Source of the DNA: Candidatus Bathyarchaeota archaeon
GTDB taxonomy: Archaea; Thermoproteota; Bathyarchaeia; 40CM-2-53-6
DNA: 64,000 bases
Reading direction: 5' to 3'
Assembly (NCBI GenBank): GCA_963726255.1
Contig: CAVSBL010000002.1
Location: 352,001-416,000 of the forward strand
Shown here: positions 19,521-27,921 of the stretch, one piece after another
How positions within the stretch are numbered: position 1 is the first letter of the stretch
Layout of the letters: each line of letters begins with the position of its first letter
Translations under genes and position numbers: made by a program
Notes under the pieces: generated by a model
Database searches by the model: none
Told to the model about the DNA's origin: nothing
Seen by the model: the letters and a program-made list of their open reading frames with translations, nothing else

Positions 19521-21131
19521 ATGAGTGACGCTGGCTCATACTCGAAGAAGATTCTTGGTCTGTCTGTAGAAACGGGCATGATGCCTGCGCCTACTGTTTC
19601 TCCGGTAGACATTGTCTCTACAGTAATCAATTTGATGATAAGAGAAAATGTTGAGGCCGTAGTCGTTTTAGAGAACAATAAACCAGTTGGAATCGTGACT
19701 GAACGAGATGTTCTCCAGAGAGTTATTCAGGCCGGAAAAAATCCTGAACTGACGGTCGTCAATGACATAATGTCGTCCAATCCACTTGTGACGATCAAAG
19801 TGGGTCGCACAATTGGAGACGCCTTGGAGTTGCTGCGCAAACACAGCGTCCGAAAAGTGATCGTTACAAGGCAAGGCGCTCTAGTTGGACTCAGCACAGA
19901 AAGAAGATTACTTGAGGTCGCCCACAGTCACTACTTGCTGCAAACTATTTTGCCGCTTAAACCTGTGGATGATTATGATGTTCGCAAGATTAGAATCGCG
20001 TATGTTGGTACATATCCACCACGAGAATGTGGCATCGCCACGTATACCAAACATCTCGTGGACGCTACGTCCACGTTTTGTGTACGGGTTGTGGCTTCCC
20101 CGGTAGTGGTCGCCATCAACGACAGAGGCGGACACTACGATTACGAGTCTCGGGTCAAGTCTCAAATTGAAGCGAATGTTTTCGACTCTTACGAAAAGGT
20201 CGCTCGATACCTCAATGCTTCCAACGTGGACGTTGTGAATTTGCAACACGAGTATGGAATTTTCGGCGGAGAATGGGGAGAATATGTCACTGATTTTCTC
20301 AAAAGTATCCAGAAACCCGTTGTCACCACTCTGCACACCGTTCTCGAAAAGCCAGTTCCCAAGGCAAAACGTGTTCTAGAGCAGGTTCTTGAACACAGCG
20401 ATTTTGTCATCGTGATGGCCAAAGTCGGGATAGAAATACTGGAACAACATTACGGCAGTTCTACGGACAGAATCCGGCACATACCTCATGGATGTCCAAA
20501 TGTGCCTTACATCGAAACTGCAATGACAAAGCAAAACTTGGGATTGCAAGACCGCCCTGTTTTATCGACTTTTGGGTTACTTAGCCGCGGAAAAGGGATA
20601 GAATACGCTATAGAAGCTCTCCCGATGGTAGTCAGAGGGCATCCGGAGACCCTGTATCTCATTATCGGAGAAACGCATCCGGAAATCAGAAAGAGCCAAG
20701 GCGAAGAGTACCGACAATTCCTGCTTAATCTAGTCGAATCACTCGGATTGGAGAAGAACGTGCGTTTCGTGAATCGGTTCCTTGATGAAAACGAGTTGAT
20801 CAACTACCTCCATGCTACAGATGTCTACGTTGTTCCCTATCCTAATCGAGAACAGATCAGCAGTGGAACGCTCACATACGCTCTAGGCACTGGCAAAGCC
20901 ATTGTTACAACGCCCTTTCTACATGCCGAAGAGGTGATATCTCGTGGAGCCGCGATGAAATGTAACTTCGAAGACCCTATCTCAATCACTGAATCCGTGA
21001 ATGTATTGCTCAATGATGATCGGATTCGACAGCGATTTGGAAAAATGGCTTATGAGTATAGTAGATCCATGATATGGCCAAACGTGGCAATGAGTTACGT
21101 AAACGTATTCTATCATGCTCTTGGCCTGTGA
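19521..21131 (+). CDS. CBS-pair fused to a family 4 glycosyltransferase
   Basis: N-terminal PVGIVTERD / LVGLSTERR CBS repeats, then GTYPPRECGIAT, LQHEYGIFGG, IPHG, FGLLSRGKGIE, QISSGTL; likely ATG at 19521. Confidence 0.9.
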   Translation: MSDAGSYSKKILGLSVETGMMPAPTVSPVDIVSTVINLMIRENVEAVVVLENNKPVGIVTERDVLQRVIQAGKNPELTVVNDIMSSNPLVTIKVGRTIGDALELLRKHSVRKVIVTRQGALVGLSTERRLLEVAHSHYLLQTILPLKPVDDYDVRKIRIAYVGTYPPRECGIATYTKHLVDATSTFCVRVVASPVVVAINDRGGHYDYESRVKSQIEANVFDSYEKVARYLNASNVDVVNLQHEYGIFGGEWGEYVTDFLKSIQKPVVTTLHTVLEKPVPKAKRVLEQVLEHSDFVIVMAKVGIEILEQHYGSSTDRIRHIPHGCPNVPYIETAMTKQNLGLQDRPVLSTFGLLSRGKGIEYAIEALPMVVRGHPETLYLIIGETHPEIRKSQGEEYRQFLLNLVESLGLEKNVRFVNRFLDENELINYLHATDVYVVPYPNREQISSGTLTYALGTGKAIVTTPFLHAEEVISRGAAMKCNFEDPISITESVNVLLNDDRIRQRFGKMAYEYSRSMIWPNVAMSYVNVFYHALGL

Positions 21132-21146
21132 GGGTTGATTAGGTGT

Positions 21147-22370
21147 TTAGTCCTTGGGTTGTGTGAAGATTGGTTCCTGCAGTTGCTCTTCCTCCGATTC
21201 TCTTTTCAGATAACGTTTCAGGATTTCTGCTTGAATAACCAATGAAATTAGTACTACGCCAAATACCATCGCTGTAATTATGGCCTTGTAATTGCTTTCA
21301 GGTAGCGAGAGCACCAAGGCCACTGAAACGGCTCCTCGCAGTCCAGCAAACGCCAAGACTTTGTTCCATGAACTCGGCAGCCTCTCTCCTAACATGCGTG
21401 TCAATGCGACAATCGGATAGACGCTGAGTAGTCTAGCAACGAGTATCGCGGCAAAAGCCATGATTACGTATGGAGCATAGGCGTATAGCAATTCGATATC
21501 TGTTTTCAAGCCGATGAGTAGAAAGGCGAAGGAGGTTGCCAGAAAAGTCATCACTTCCCAGAAGTGCGTCATGGTTTTGCGGGTTTCCTCCGACATTGCG
21601 GTTTGCATGGTTCGATTCCCTAGCCATAAGCCCGCAATTGGTACGGCAATCAAGCCTGACATGCCTAGACTCTCTGCGATGATGTAGGAGCCGAACATCG
21701 TGAATATCGTGAGAGACGTTTCGGGCAAAGGGTTCGTGATCTGTCTATGGAGCAGTTCACCTATCCCAGCCACCACAAGCCCCACGGCCAATCCTCCTAA
21801 CAACGTGTAGGCGAATAGTCCTAAGTCTCTCATTGGGCTGAATGATAATGTGACGGCGAAGGAATACAAAATGACAGGCGTAGCGTTGTTGAGGTACGCC
21901 TCAGATTCAAGAATCGTGGTCAGTTTTTCTGGGGCGCGCACTATCTTCAAGACGCTCACTACGGTGACTGGGTCAGTTGGCGAAATTATCAAGCCAAACA
22001 GGAGTGCGGCTGCTAAGGGTAATCGAAGAGTGAGGTTGAGGACAAGAGCAGTTGCGAACGCGGATATTATGACTCCGAATATGGCTAGGCCAATGACCGT
22101 CTTATGCACAGTTCTGAATGTCGGAAAACGCGTTCGCATGGCTGATTCAAAGATGAGGGGAGGAACAACCAGACCTAGAATGAGGTCACCGCTGATCGGT
22201 ATGTCGCTGATGCCCCTTCCAAATTTGAGAATTGATAGGGCAAGGCCGATGCCGATCATGACCGTTGGGTATGGTGCCTTCAGTTTATCACTCAGAAGAG
22301 ACGCAACGAACGAAAGAATTATGACTAGCAGCAGGACCGTCAACGGGGAGCTGACAAGCTCAAGCGTCAT
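21147..22370 (-). CDS. nhaP: CPA1-family Na+/H+ antiporter (paralog 2; ND motif changed to NN)
   Basis: PPLIFESA, SPTDPV, ESEAYLNN, GLRGAVSVAL. Confidence 0.9.
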   Translation of the reverse strand: MTLELVSSPLTVLLLVIILSFVASLLSDKLKAPYPTVMIGIGLALSILKFGRGISDIPISGDLILGLVVPPLIFESAMRTRFPTFRTVHKTVIGLAIFGVIISAFATALVLNLTLRLPLAAALLFGLIISPTDPVTVVSVLKIVRAPEKLTTILESEAYLNNATPVILYSFAVTLSFSPMRDLGLFAYTLLGGLAVGLVVAGIGELLHRQITNPLPETSLTIFTMFGSYIIAESLGMSGLIAVPIAGLWLGNRTMQTAMSEETRKTMTHFWEVMTFLATSFAFLLIGLKTDIELLYAYAPYVIMAFAAILVARLLSVYPIVALTRMLGERLPSSWNKVLAFAGLRGAVSVALVLSLPESNYKAIITAMVFGVVLISLVIQAEILKRYLKRESEEEQLQEPIFTQPKD

Positions 22371-22691
22371 CTGAACGCCCCACGCTCATTCATCCCCCCT
22401 AAGTCCACCGATCACAGGGTCGCTAAGCGTGCGATCAAGGTGTTCGTAGGTGAAGTATTATGTACACAACGATATAGGCCAACAGGATCAGACCAACTGT
22501 TATTCCGATCCGATTTGGATGCGCTTTCAGGTGCGATAATAGTGTCATCTCAGTCCGCTGTTTCAGGAGAAAATGCTTTTTTAACGGTTACTATCGGGTA
22601 GCAACAAGAATGTTGAATGAATGCCATCAAGTCACACAAATCAGCAAATTCTATGTACTTCGCAAGCAGGCGATAGTATTGGGTTGGCTAA

Positions 22692-23228
22692 TTGGTCGGA
22701 GTTACGCGGCGTGTGTCTGTTTTGAGCACTGAGACGTATGTGCCCGATGATCTTGATCTGCTTGTTCTCGAAAAGATGATTGAAGACAGTACTATTACGT
22801 TCAAGCGGTTGGCGATGTTGGCGAAAACCGACCAACGCACAATTGCAAAAAGATACGAGCGTCTGAAAAGGGAAGGCATTGTGAGACGTGCCACTATCGA
22901 TGTGGATTGGTCGAAATTGGGTCTGACGGCGACGGCGTTCATTGGCACTGCCACTTCCCATGGCGATGAAAGCCGGAAGAAACTGTTCGAGTTCATAGAG
23001 CATGAGCCTAGAGTCTTAGAGGCGTACACAATCTTGGGTTCTCATGAGTATTCCATGACAGTGTTGGATACCAACATGGAGAAGCTTAGGGGAGGAGTAT
23101 GCGATAGACTTGAACCGTTGACAATGGGTTTGTCCACCTCAGTTGTTGTGAAATCAGTAAAACGCGCCGACCATAAGGGACTACTACACTATGTCAGGAA
23201 AACTCGAAAGCGCACAACTATGATGTGA
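22692..23228 (+). CDS. Lrp/AsnC-family transcriptional regulator
   Basis: DDLDL.VL...., RYERLKREGIV, VDWSKLG, EAYTILGSHEY; true start may be a little downstream. Confidence 0.88.
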   Translation: MVGVTRRVSVLSTETYVPDDLDLLVLEKMIEDSTITFKRLAMLAKTDQRTIAKRYERLKREGIVRRATIDVDWSKLGLTATAFIGTATSHGDESRKKLFEFIEHEPRVLEAYTILGSHEYSMTVLDTNMEKLRGGVCDRLEPLTMGLSTSVVVKSVKRADHKGLLHYVRKTRKRTTMM

Positions 23229-23250
23229 CCGAGAAGAGAGAATGGATTTT

Positions 23251-23374
23251 AGTCTGCCCGCCGAATGCCGTCACTGCGCCGGCTGAGGGCGCTCTGCACT
23301 TAATGGGCACATCATTTTCGAGTTTGCAGTCCGCTTGCAAACCGCTTGAAGATCTCTATCCATTAAAGCTTCGG
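23251..23374. repeat. Direct repeat copy 1 (about 124 bp)
   Basis: Matches 26085-26206; the core 23276-23367 differs from 26108-26199 at 4 positions by my alignment. Confidence 0.92.
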
Positions 23375-23645
23375 GAGCGCCTTGTGTCTTGACATTTGGG
23401 TCTTGCTGCTTTGTTTTTCTGCAGAGTTCTTACGACTTCTTCTTGTTGTGTGTGTTCCTAGTGTTCCAGGCTTAATTCCATCCTGGAGGAGGTCGATTAA
23501 GAGGTGGATACCCACTCGGTTATCAGAGGGCGAGGTGGTACGCTAGGAGAAAATGATTAATCTCACCAAAAGGATTGACGGTTAGCCACGTTTCGTCCCG
23601 AGTCATTGTGCGTGCGCACCAGGGATCGTCGGAACCTCAAAATCG

Positions 23646-23673
23646 TGGCAGGGTCGGTGGGATTTGAGCCCAA
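23646..23673 (-). other. Degenerate tRNA 3'-end fragment (possible att scar)
   Basis: Minus strand reads TTGGG-CTCAAAT-CCCAC-CGACCCT-G-CCA = T arm, acceptor strand and CCA, with no 5' half. Confidence 0.5.
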
Positions 23674-23866
23674 TATCGTGGGTTCAATAGAGCCAATAGG
23701 CCTGTTCAGGATTCCCATTCGGGGACATGGGCAGCTCAGAAGATACGGCCTGATACCCGCTGAATACAACGCATTACGAGCAGCTCCGATCTTGCCGAAT
23801 GGCAAAGCAAAGAACTAAAAGCTTAAGGCTTGGCTTGGCTATGAAAAATAGTAGCTTCTAGACTAG

Positions 23867-23880
23867 TTAGGTTCATCTAA
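23867..23880 (+). promoter_or_regulatory. Candidate DtxR/MntR operator TTAG-GTTCAT-CTAA
   Basis: Inverted repeat ending 2 nt before the mntH start; resembles DtxR-family boxes; cognate regulator two genes on. Confidence 0.6.
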
Positions 23881-23882
23881 AT

Positions 23883-25214
23883 TTGCGGATCGGGCACTTC
23901 GTTAGCAAGTATCGTGCACTTTTCATCTTCGCGGGTCCGGCGTTGATTACCAGCATGGCGTACATGGACCCGGGGAACTACGGGACAGACATCCAGGCGG
24001 GTGCAGCTTTCAACTACGGTTTGCTTTGGGTTGTCTGGATGGCGAATTTCATGGCGATGTTCCTCCAGTATCTCTCAGGAAAGCTAGGAATAGCAACGGG
24101 CCATGATTTGGCGGGACTTGTCAGAGAATCTCTTAAGAAGTCGAGCAGAAGAAGGTTTGACATTTTTCTGAACTGGATTGGGGCCGAAGCTGCAGTCGCG
24201 TCCACCGACCTCGCCGAGTACCTGGGCACTGTCATCGCGTTGAACATACTGTTCAACGTGCCCCTACTCTACGCGTCGCTATTCGGAGCCGCTGACATCC
24301 TAATTCTCCTAGCTCTAACATCGCGGCGTTTCAGGTCACTTGAATACTTCTTCATGGTGTTCATTTCGATTATCGGTTTCGGTTTCTTGTACGAAGTCGC
24401 GTTGACCGGCCTAGACGTAACTCAGCTTGTTCACGCCTTCGTTTCGCCAGATCTTAACCCCGACAACATAGTCTTGATAGTTGGCATCATCGGCGCGACC
24501 GTGATGCCGCATGCACTGTACGTACATTCCACGCTGACTAGGGATAAACTGGTGGACCGAACCGGTGAAGAAAAGAAACGATTATTGAAGCTCCATACTG
24601 GCGAAAGCCTCGTTGCTTTCACGATCGCTGGAATGGTCAACGCGGCCATTCTCATCGTGAGTGCCCAGGCCTTCTACCCGAAGTTCAGCAACATCTCAGC
24701 AGTAGACGAGGCGTATCGCATAATGATACCCATCTACGGATCGCTTGCCGCCATTATGTTCGCTGTGACGCTGCTATGCTCCGGGATTGCCTCCTCGACG
24801 ACCGGAACATTGGCCGGCCAAGCGATCATGGACGGGTTACTGGGAACAAAAGTAAACAAGACCGTTAGGAGGGTTATTACGAGAGTCATCAACGTTTTCC
24901 CAACAACGATAGCGGTGCTCCTAGGTTTCGACCCGTTGTTCCTGTTGGTCTACAGCCAAGTACTCCTCAGCCTGATGATCGCGTTACCCATGATACCGTT
25001 GATAACCTTCACCGCCAAGAAGGACCTCATGGGGGAGTTGGTTAACAGACGCTCAACCACGTTCCTCGCTGTGCTAACTGGGTCGGTAATTGTGGTGCTA
25101 AACACGTACCTGATCTACTATCTTGTTGCTCAATCTAGCGTCTACCTGCAGGTTTTGGTTCTAGGCGCTTATGGCGTCTATCATCTGTACCTTGTCTACG
25201 CCATGCTGCGATAA
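23883..25214 (+). CDS. mntH: Nramp-family Mn2+/Fe2+ transporter
   Basis: AYMDPGN, GIIGATVMPH, GTLAGQ.IM.G, LVYSQV.LS. Confidence 0.95.
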   Translation: MRIGHFVSKYRALFIFAGPALITSMAYMDPGNYGTDIQAGAAFNYGLLWVVWMANFMAMFLQYLSGKLGIATGHDLAGLVRESLKKSSRRRFDIFLNWIGAEAAVASTDLAEYLGTVIALNILFNVPLLYASLFGAADILILLALTSRRFRSLEYFFMVFISIIGFGFLYEVALTGLDVTQLVHAFVSPDLNPDNIVLIVGIIGATVMPHALYVHSTLTRDKLVDRTGEEKKRLLKLHTGESLVAFTIAGMVNAAILIVSAQAFYPKFSNISAVDEAYRIMIPIYGSLAAIMFAVTLLCSGIASSTTGTLAGQAIMDGLLGTKVNKTVRRVITRVINVFPTTIAVLLGFDPLFLLVYSQVLLSLMIALPMIPLITFTAKKDLMGELVNRRSTTFLAVLTGSVIVVLNTYLIYYLVAQSSVYLQVLVLGAYGVYHLYLVYAMLR

Positions 25215-25277
25215 ACTGGCTTGCCAAGAACAAACTGACAAGTGACAATGATGGTGAAAGAAGGTTGTTGAGATGTA

Positions 25278-25409
25278 AGGGATGAGAAAATGATGAAAGA
25301 ATTCGTCAACAGAAGAATCGCACTAGTCCGAGCTTTGATCTCAGCCGGCAGAATGATTCAGCCTAATGTCTACGTGTTTTTCTCATCATTATGGGAAGTG
25401 GCAATGTGA
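25278..25409 (+). pseudogene. 3' remnant of a second Nramp gene
   Basis: Hand translation RDEKMMKEFVNRRIALVRALISAGRMIQPNVYVF aligns with the mntH tail KKDLMGELVNRRSTTFLAVLTGSVIVVLNTYLI; its TGA overlaps the regulator ATG (TGATG, 25407-25411). Confidence 0.6.
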
Positions 25410-25879
25410 TGACTAAAGGTTCGCGACTGAAACCGCCTTTCGACCTCACACGAGTTGAAGATTACCTTGAAGTCATCTACGAACTCATACAGAAGAAGGG
25501 CTACGCTAGATCAGCAGACATCGCAGAACTTCTTGGTGTCAAACCATCTAGCGTTACAGTCATGCTTCAGAGATTACATGCTAAGGGATTCATCGTCTAT
25601 GTACGTTACCGAGGCCTCACCCTGACAAGCAGTGGAGAACAGTTAGCGAAATCTGTGCAGCAGAGACATCGTACGATCCTCAAATTCCTTAGAATTCTCG
25701 GCGTCGAGGAGAAAATCGCCAAATCAGACTCAGAAGGCATCGAGCATCACGTCCACAAGGATACTATAAATCATATGGAGCGCTTTGTTGACTACGCCGA
25801 GCAGCACCCCACTTGGCTTCAACAACATGAACCTCCAACCCGGAGACAACGAAATTCCAGGCCGAAGCGCAATGAGTGA
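25409..25879 (+). CDS. mntR: DtxR/MntR-family metal-dependent repressor
   Basis: EDYLEVIYEL, DIAELLGVKPSSVT.ML.RL, RH..I..FL, EGIEHH; start 25391 or 25409. Confidence 0.92.
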   Translation: MTKGSRLKPPFDLTRVEDYLEVIYELIQKKGYARSADIAELLGVKPSSVTVMLQRLHAKGFIVYVRYRGLTLTSSGEQLAKSVQQRHRTILKFLRILGVEEKIAKSDSEGIEHHVHKDTINHMERFVDYAEQHPTWLQQHEPPTRRQRNSRPKRNE

Positions 25880-26030
25880 ACAGCAGTTAAGGCCTCTACG
25901 TCGTGGACTGGTGATCGAGTATGTCAGCCTCGCTTGGATGACAGTTGAAGCGGCGGGGGCTGTGCTTGCTGGAGTCTTCGCTGGGAGTCCTGCCCTCATG
26001 GCATTTGGGGCGACAGCATAGTCGAGCCAG
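25872..26030 (+). pseudogene. 5' fragment of a cation-diffusion-facilitator-like transporter
   Basis: LRRGLVIEYVSLAWMTVEAAGAV.AG..AGS.AL.AFG then, one base out of frame, DSIVE; sequence ends shortly before repeat copy 2. Confidence 0.7.
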
Positions 26031-26082
26031 GTATGTTCTAAATTGGCTCTGAATCGCGGGAGGGTCGACGGGAGATAATGAA

Positions 26083-26147
26083 TCAGTCTGCCCGTCGAAA
26101 CATCATAGCGCCGGCTGAGGGCGCTCTGCACTTAATGGACACATCAT
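26083..26147 (-). ncRNA. Candidate box C/D guide sRNA inside repeat copy 2
   Basis: Minus strand: ATGATGT - 12 nt - CAGA - GC hairpin - ATGATGT - 13 nt - CTGA. Boxes are imperfect and no target was established. Confidence 0.3.
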
Positions 26148-26206
26148 TTTCGCGTATGCAGTCCACTTGCAAACCGCTTGAAGATCTCTATCCATTAAAC
26201 TTTCGG
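26085..26206. repeat. Direct repeat copy 2
   Basis: Matches 23251-23374. Confidence 0.92.
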
Positions 26207-26377
26207 AAGTGAAGCATTGCATCTTCTTTCACGTTCGTCGAACTAGTCCATATTCAAGTTCTAACAAGTTTTCAGTTAACACACAGCGATGCAGAAAATA
26301 GCCTTGTGAGTACTTGTGGCTCTGCTACGAATTGTTTGTTGTTCGAATCCTCACACGCTGCTGGATATTAGCAATTC

Positions 26378-26406
26378 GTGGGTTCAGATCCCACCGGCCT
26401 GCACTA
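26378..26406 (+). other. Degenerate tRNA 3'-end fragment (possible att scar)
   Basis: GTGGG-TTCAGAT-CCCAC-CGGCCTGC-ACTA; similar to the fragment at 23646 but on the other strand. Confidence 0.45.
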
Positions 26407-26585
26407 TATGTGGCACACATATTCTTGCTCTACACCCTCACATACGTGATAACCCACCAAAAGTCCCCTAGACGGAATCCTTAAGCTATTCACTTGCTAC
26501 CGACTAGAAGACCCCTTTAGTTGAGTAAGGAGCGGGTACTCACCTCATAAGAGTCAGATGGACTTGTGCAGACTGCTGTTGTGAC

Positions 26586-27052
26586 ATGCCCATCGCCGAG
26601 TCTCCGGTGACTGTCATGTTGTTTGTGATTGTGCTTTCTTTTGCGGCGGCCATCGTAAGTTCCAAACTGAGGGTATCATACCCGACGGTAATGATTGCCA
26701 TTAACCTTATACTATCACTTCTCAGATTTGGAGGCGGGTTCAGTAGTGTTTCCTCCGGCAGCAATTTGATACTCGGCATTGTTGTTCCTTGATATTTGAG
26801 GCCGCTATGCGAACTCGCTTTGAAGTTTCCAGGACTGTTCAGAAGACAGTCATAGGTTTGGCGATATTCGGGGTTGTGATCTCCGCTTTCGTGAGCGCCT
26901 ATGTTCTCAACGTCACCTTAGGATTGCCTTTGGCGGTTTCGCTCCTCTCTGGAGTCATTGTCTCGCCTACCGACCCAGTGACGGTCGTGAGTGTCTTGAG
27001 GAGAGTACAGGCGCCGGAGAGGCTGATGGCAAACGGTCCGACTGACTCCTGA
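26586..27052 (+). pseudogene. nhaP: Frameshifted and truncated NhaP (paralog 3)
   Basis: ORFs 26586-26792 and 26789-27052 join at ILGIVVP / LIFEAAMRTR; homology stops after APERL, so about two thirds of the gene is missing. Confidence 0.9.
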
Positions 27053-27057
27053 GGCTT

Positions 27058-27864
27058 TCATATTTTTCGGATCGTGAGCAAGACGTTTTCATCCGTCCAT
27101 CTGACATTTCTTAGATCGTTGAAGTCATTTCTGACATTCTTCTCAAATCGCAGTAGGCATGCTCGAAACTCACTATTGGAGTACTTGGAGAACGTCGAGT
27201 AGTGACGATGCCTCGCCAGTTCAAGGAGCCTTCTCAGGGTGCTAACACGTCGATAAGTGAAGAACTGAACGTGCTCAATTTTCAATGTTGGAATCGCGCC
27301 AATCTTCTTCTCTAGTTCGTCGAACTCGTAGAGGCGCGTTTCCTTTTCGCAAAAACGCGGAAAATACCTGCCCCAGATGTTACGGGTATTCTGACTCCTG
27401 AACCGAGTGTAAACAAATAGGCGTCCTCCAGACTCCAAGAGCCTCGAGACTTCTCTCAGAAATCCCAAGACGTCGAAATGATGGATTGAATTGAAACTGA
27501 ATATGCAATTCAGATGTTCGGGCGGAAACGGAAGATGTGCAGCAGCCGATCTAACTACTTCGAAATAACGTATCCGATGTCTTGCAAGATAGTCTTTGAC
27601 TTGTTCCAGCATTCTGTGAGTCAAGTCCACGCAATAGAGGTGTTCAATCTTGCGACCTAGGTGCTGGAACAGCTTCAGGTCATATCGTCCGGCGCCGCAA
27701 CCAACATCGGCTGCCCTTACAGGCGAGGTTCCACGTAGCCTTCTCGAAATGTGGAGGATTGGTTCCAGATCGGTTGTCCTCAGATCCCGATACCCTCCTG
27801 CAATTTCTGAGAAATGCTCGTTCGCACTGCGAAATGTCATAAAGAGCCATCTCAAGTTTCTCAT
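27058..27864 (-). CDS. Class I SAM-dependent methyltransferase
   Basis: ADVGCGAGRY motif I, LPF, SIHHF, RLLESGG. Confidence 0.88.
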   Translation of the reverse strand: MRNLRWLFMTFRSANEHFSEIAGGYRDLRTTDLEPILHISRRLRGTSPVRAADVGCGAGRYDLKLFQHLGRKIEHLYCVDLTHRMLEQVKDYLARHRIRYFEVVRSAAAHLPFPPEHLNCIFSFNSIHHFDVLGFLREVSRLLESGGRLFVYTRFRSQNTRNIWGRYFPRFCEKETRLYEFDELEKKIGAIPTLKIEHVQFFTYRRVSTLRRLLELARHRHYSTFSKYSNSEFRACLLRFEKNVRNDFNDLRNVRWTDENVLLTIRKI

Positions 27865-27921
27865 TGGTCGCGCATAGAGGACAGATTTCTGTTACTTGTC
27901 ATAGAAAATGATCCTTTGACT

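Noticed and set aside
23251-23374. Repeat as Mn (yybP-ykoY) or fluoride riboswitch, or as a tRNA
   Set aside because: Lacks the conserved motifs of either riboswitch; TTAATGGATAGAG and GACTGCAAA look tRNA-like but give no cloverleaf and the latter differs in copy 2.
23380-23500. Decayed integrase N-terminus on the minus strand (LIDLLQDGIKPGTL...)
   Set aside because: Only a vague resemblance across frameshifts; no catalytic motifs. Needs tBLASTn.
23563-23818. Short ORFs on both strands
   Set aside because: No protein-like features; GSNPTDPA is just the translation of the tRNA-like fragment.
25354-25366. Second MntR half-site (TGATTCAGCCTAA)
   Set aside because: Lies within the Nramp remnant and lacks the TTAG arm.
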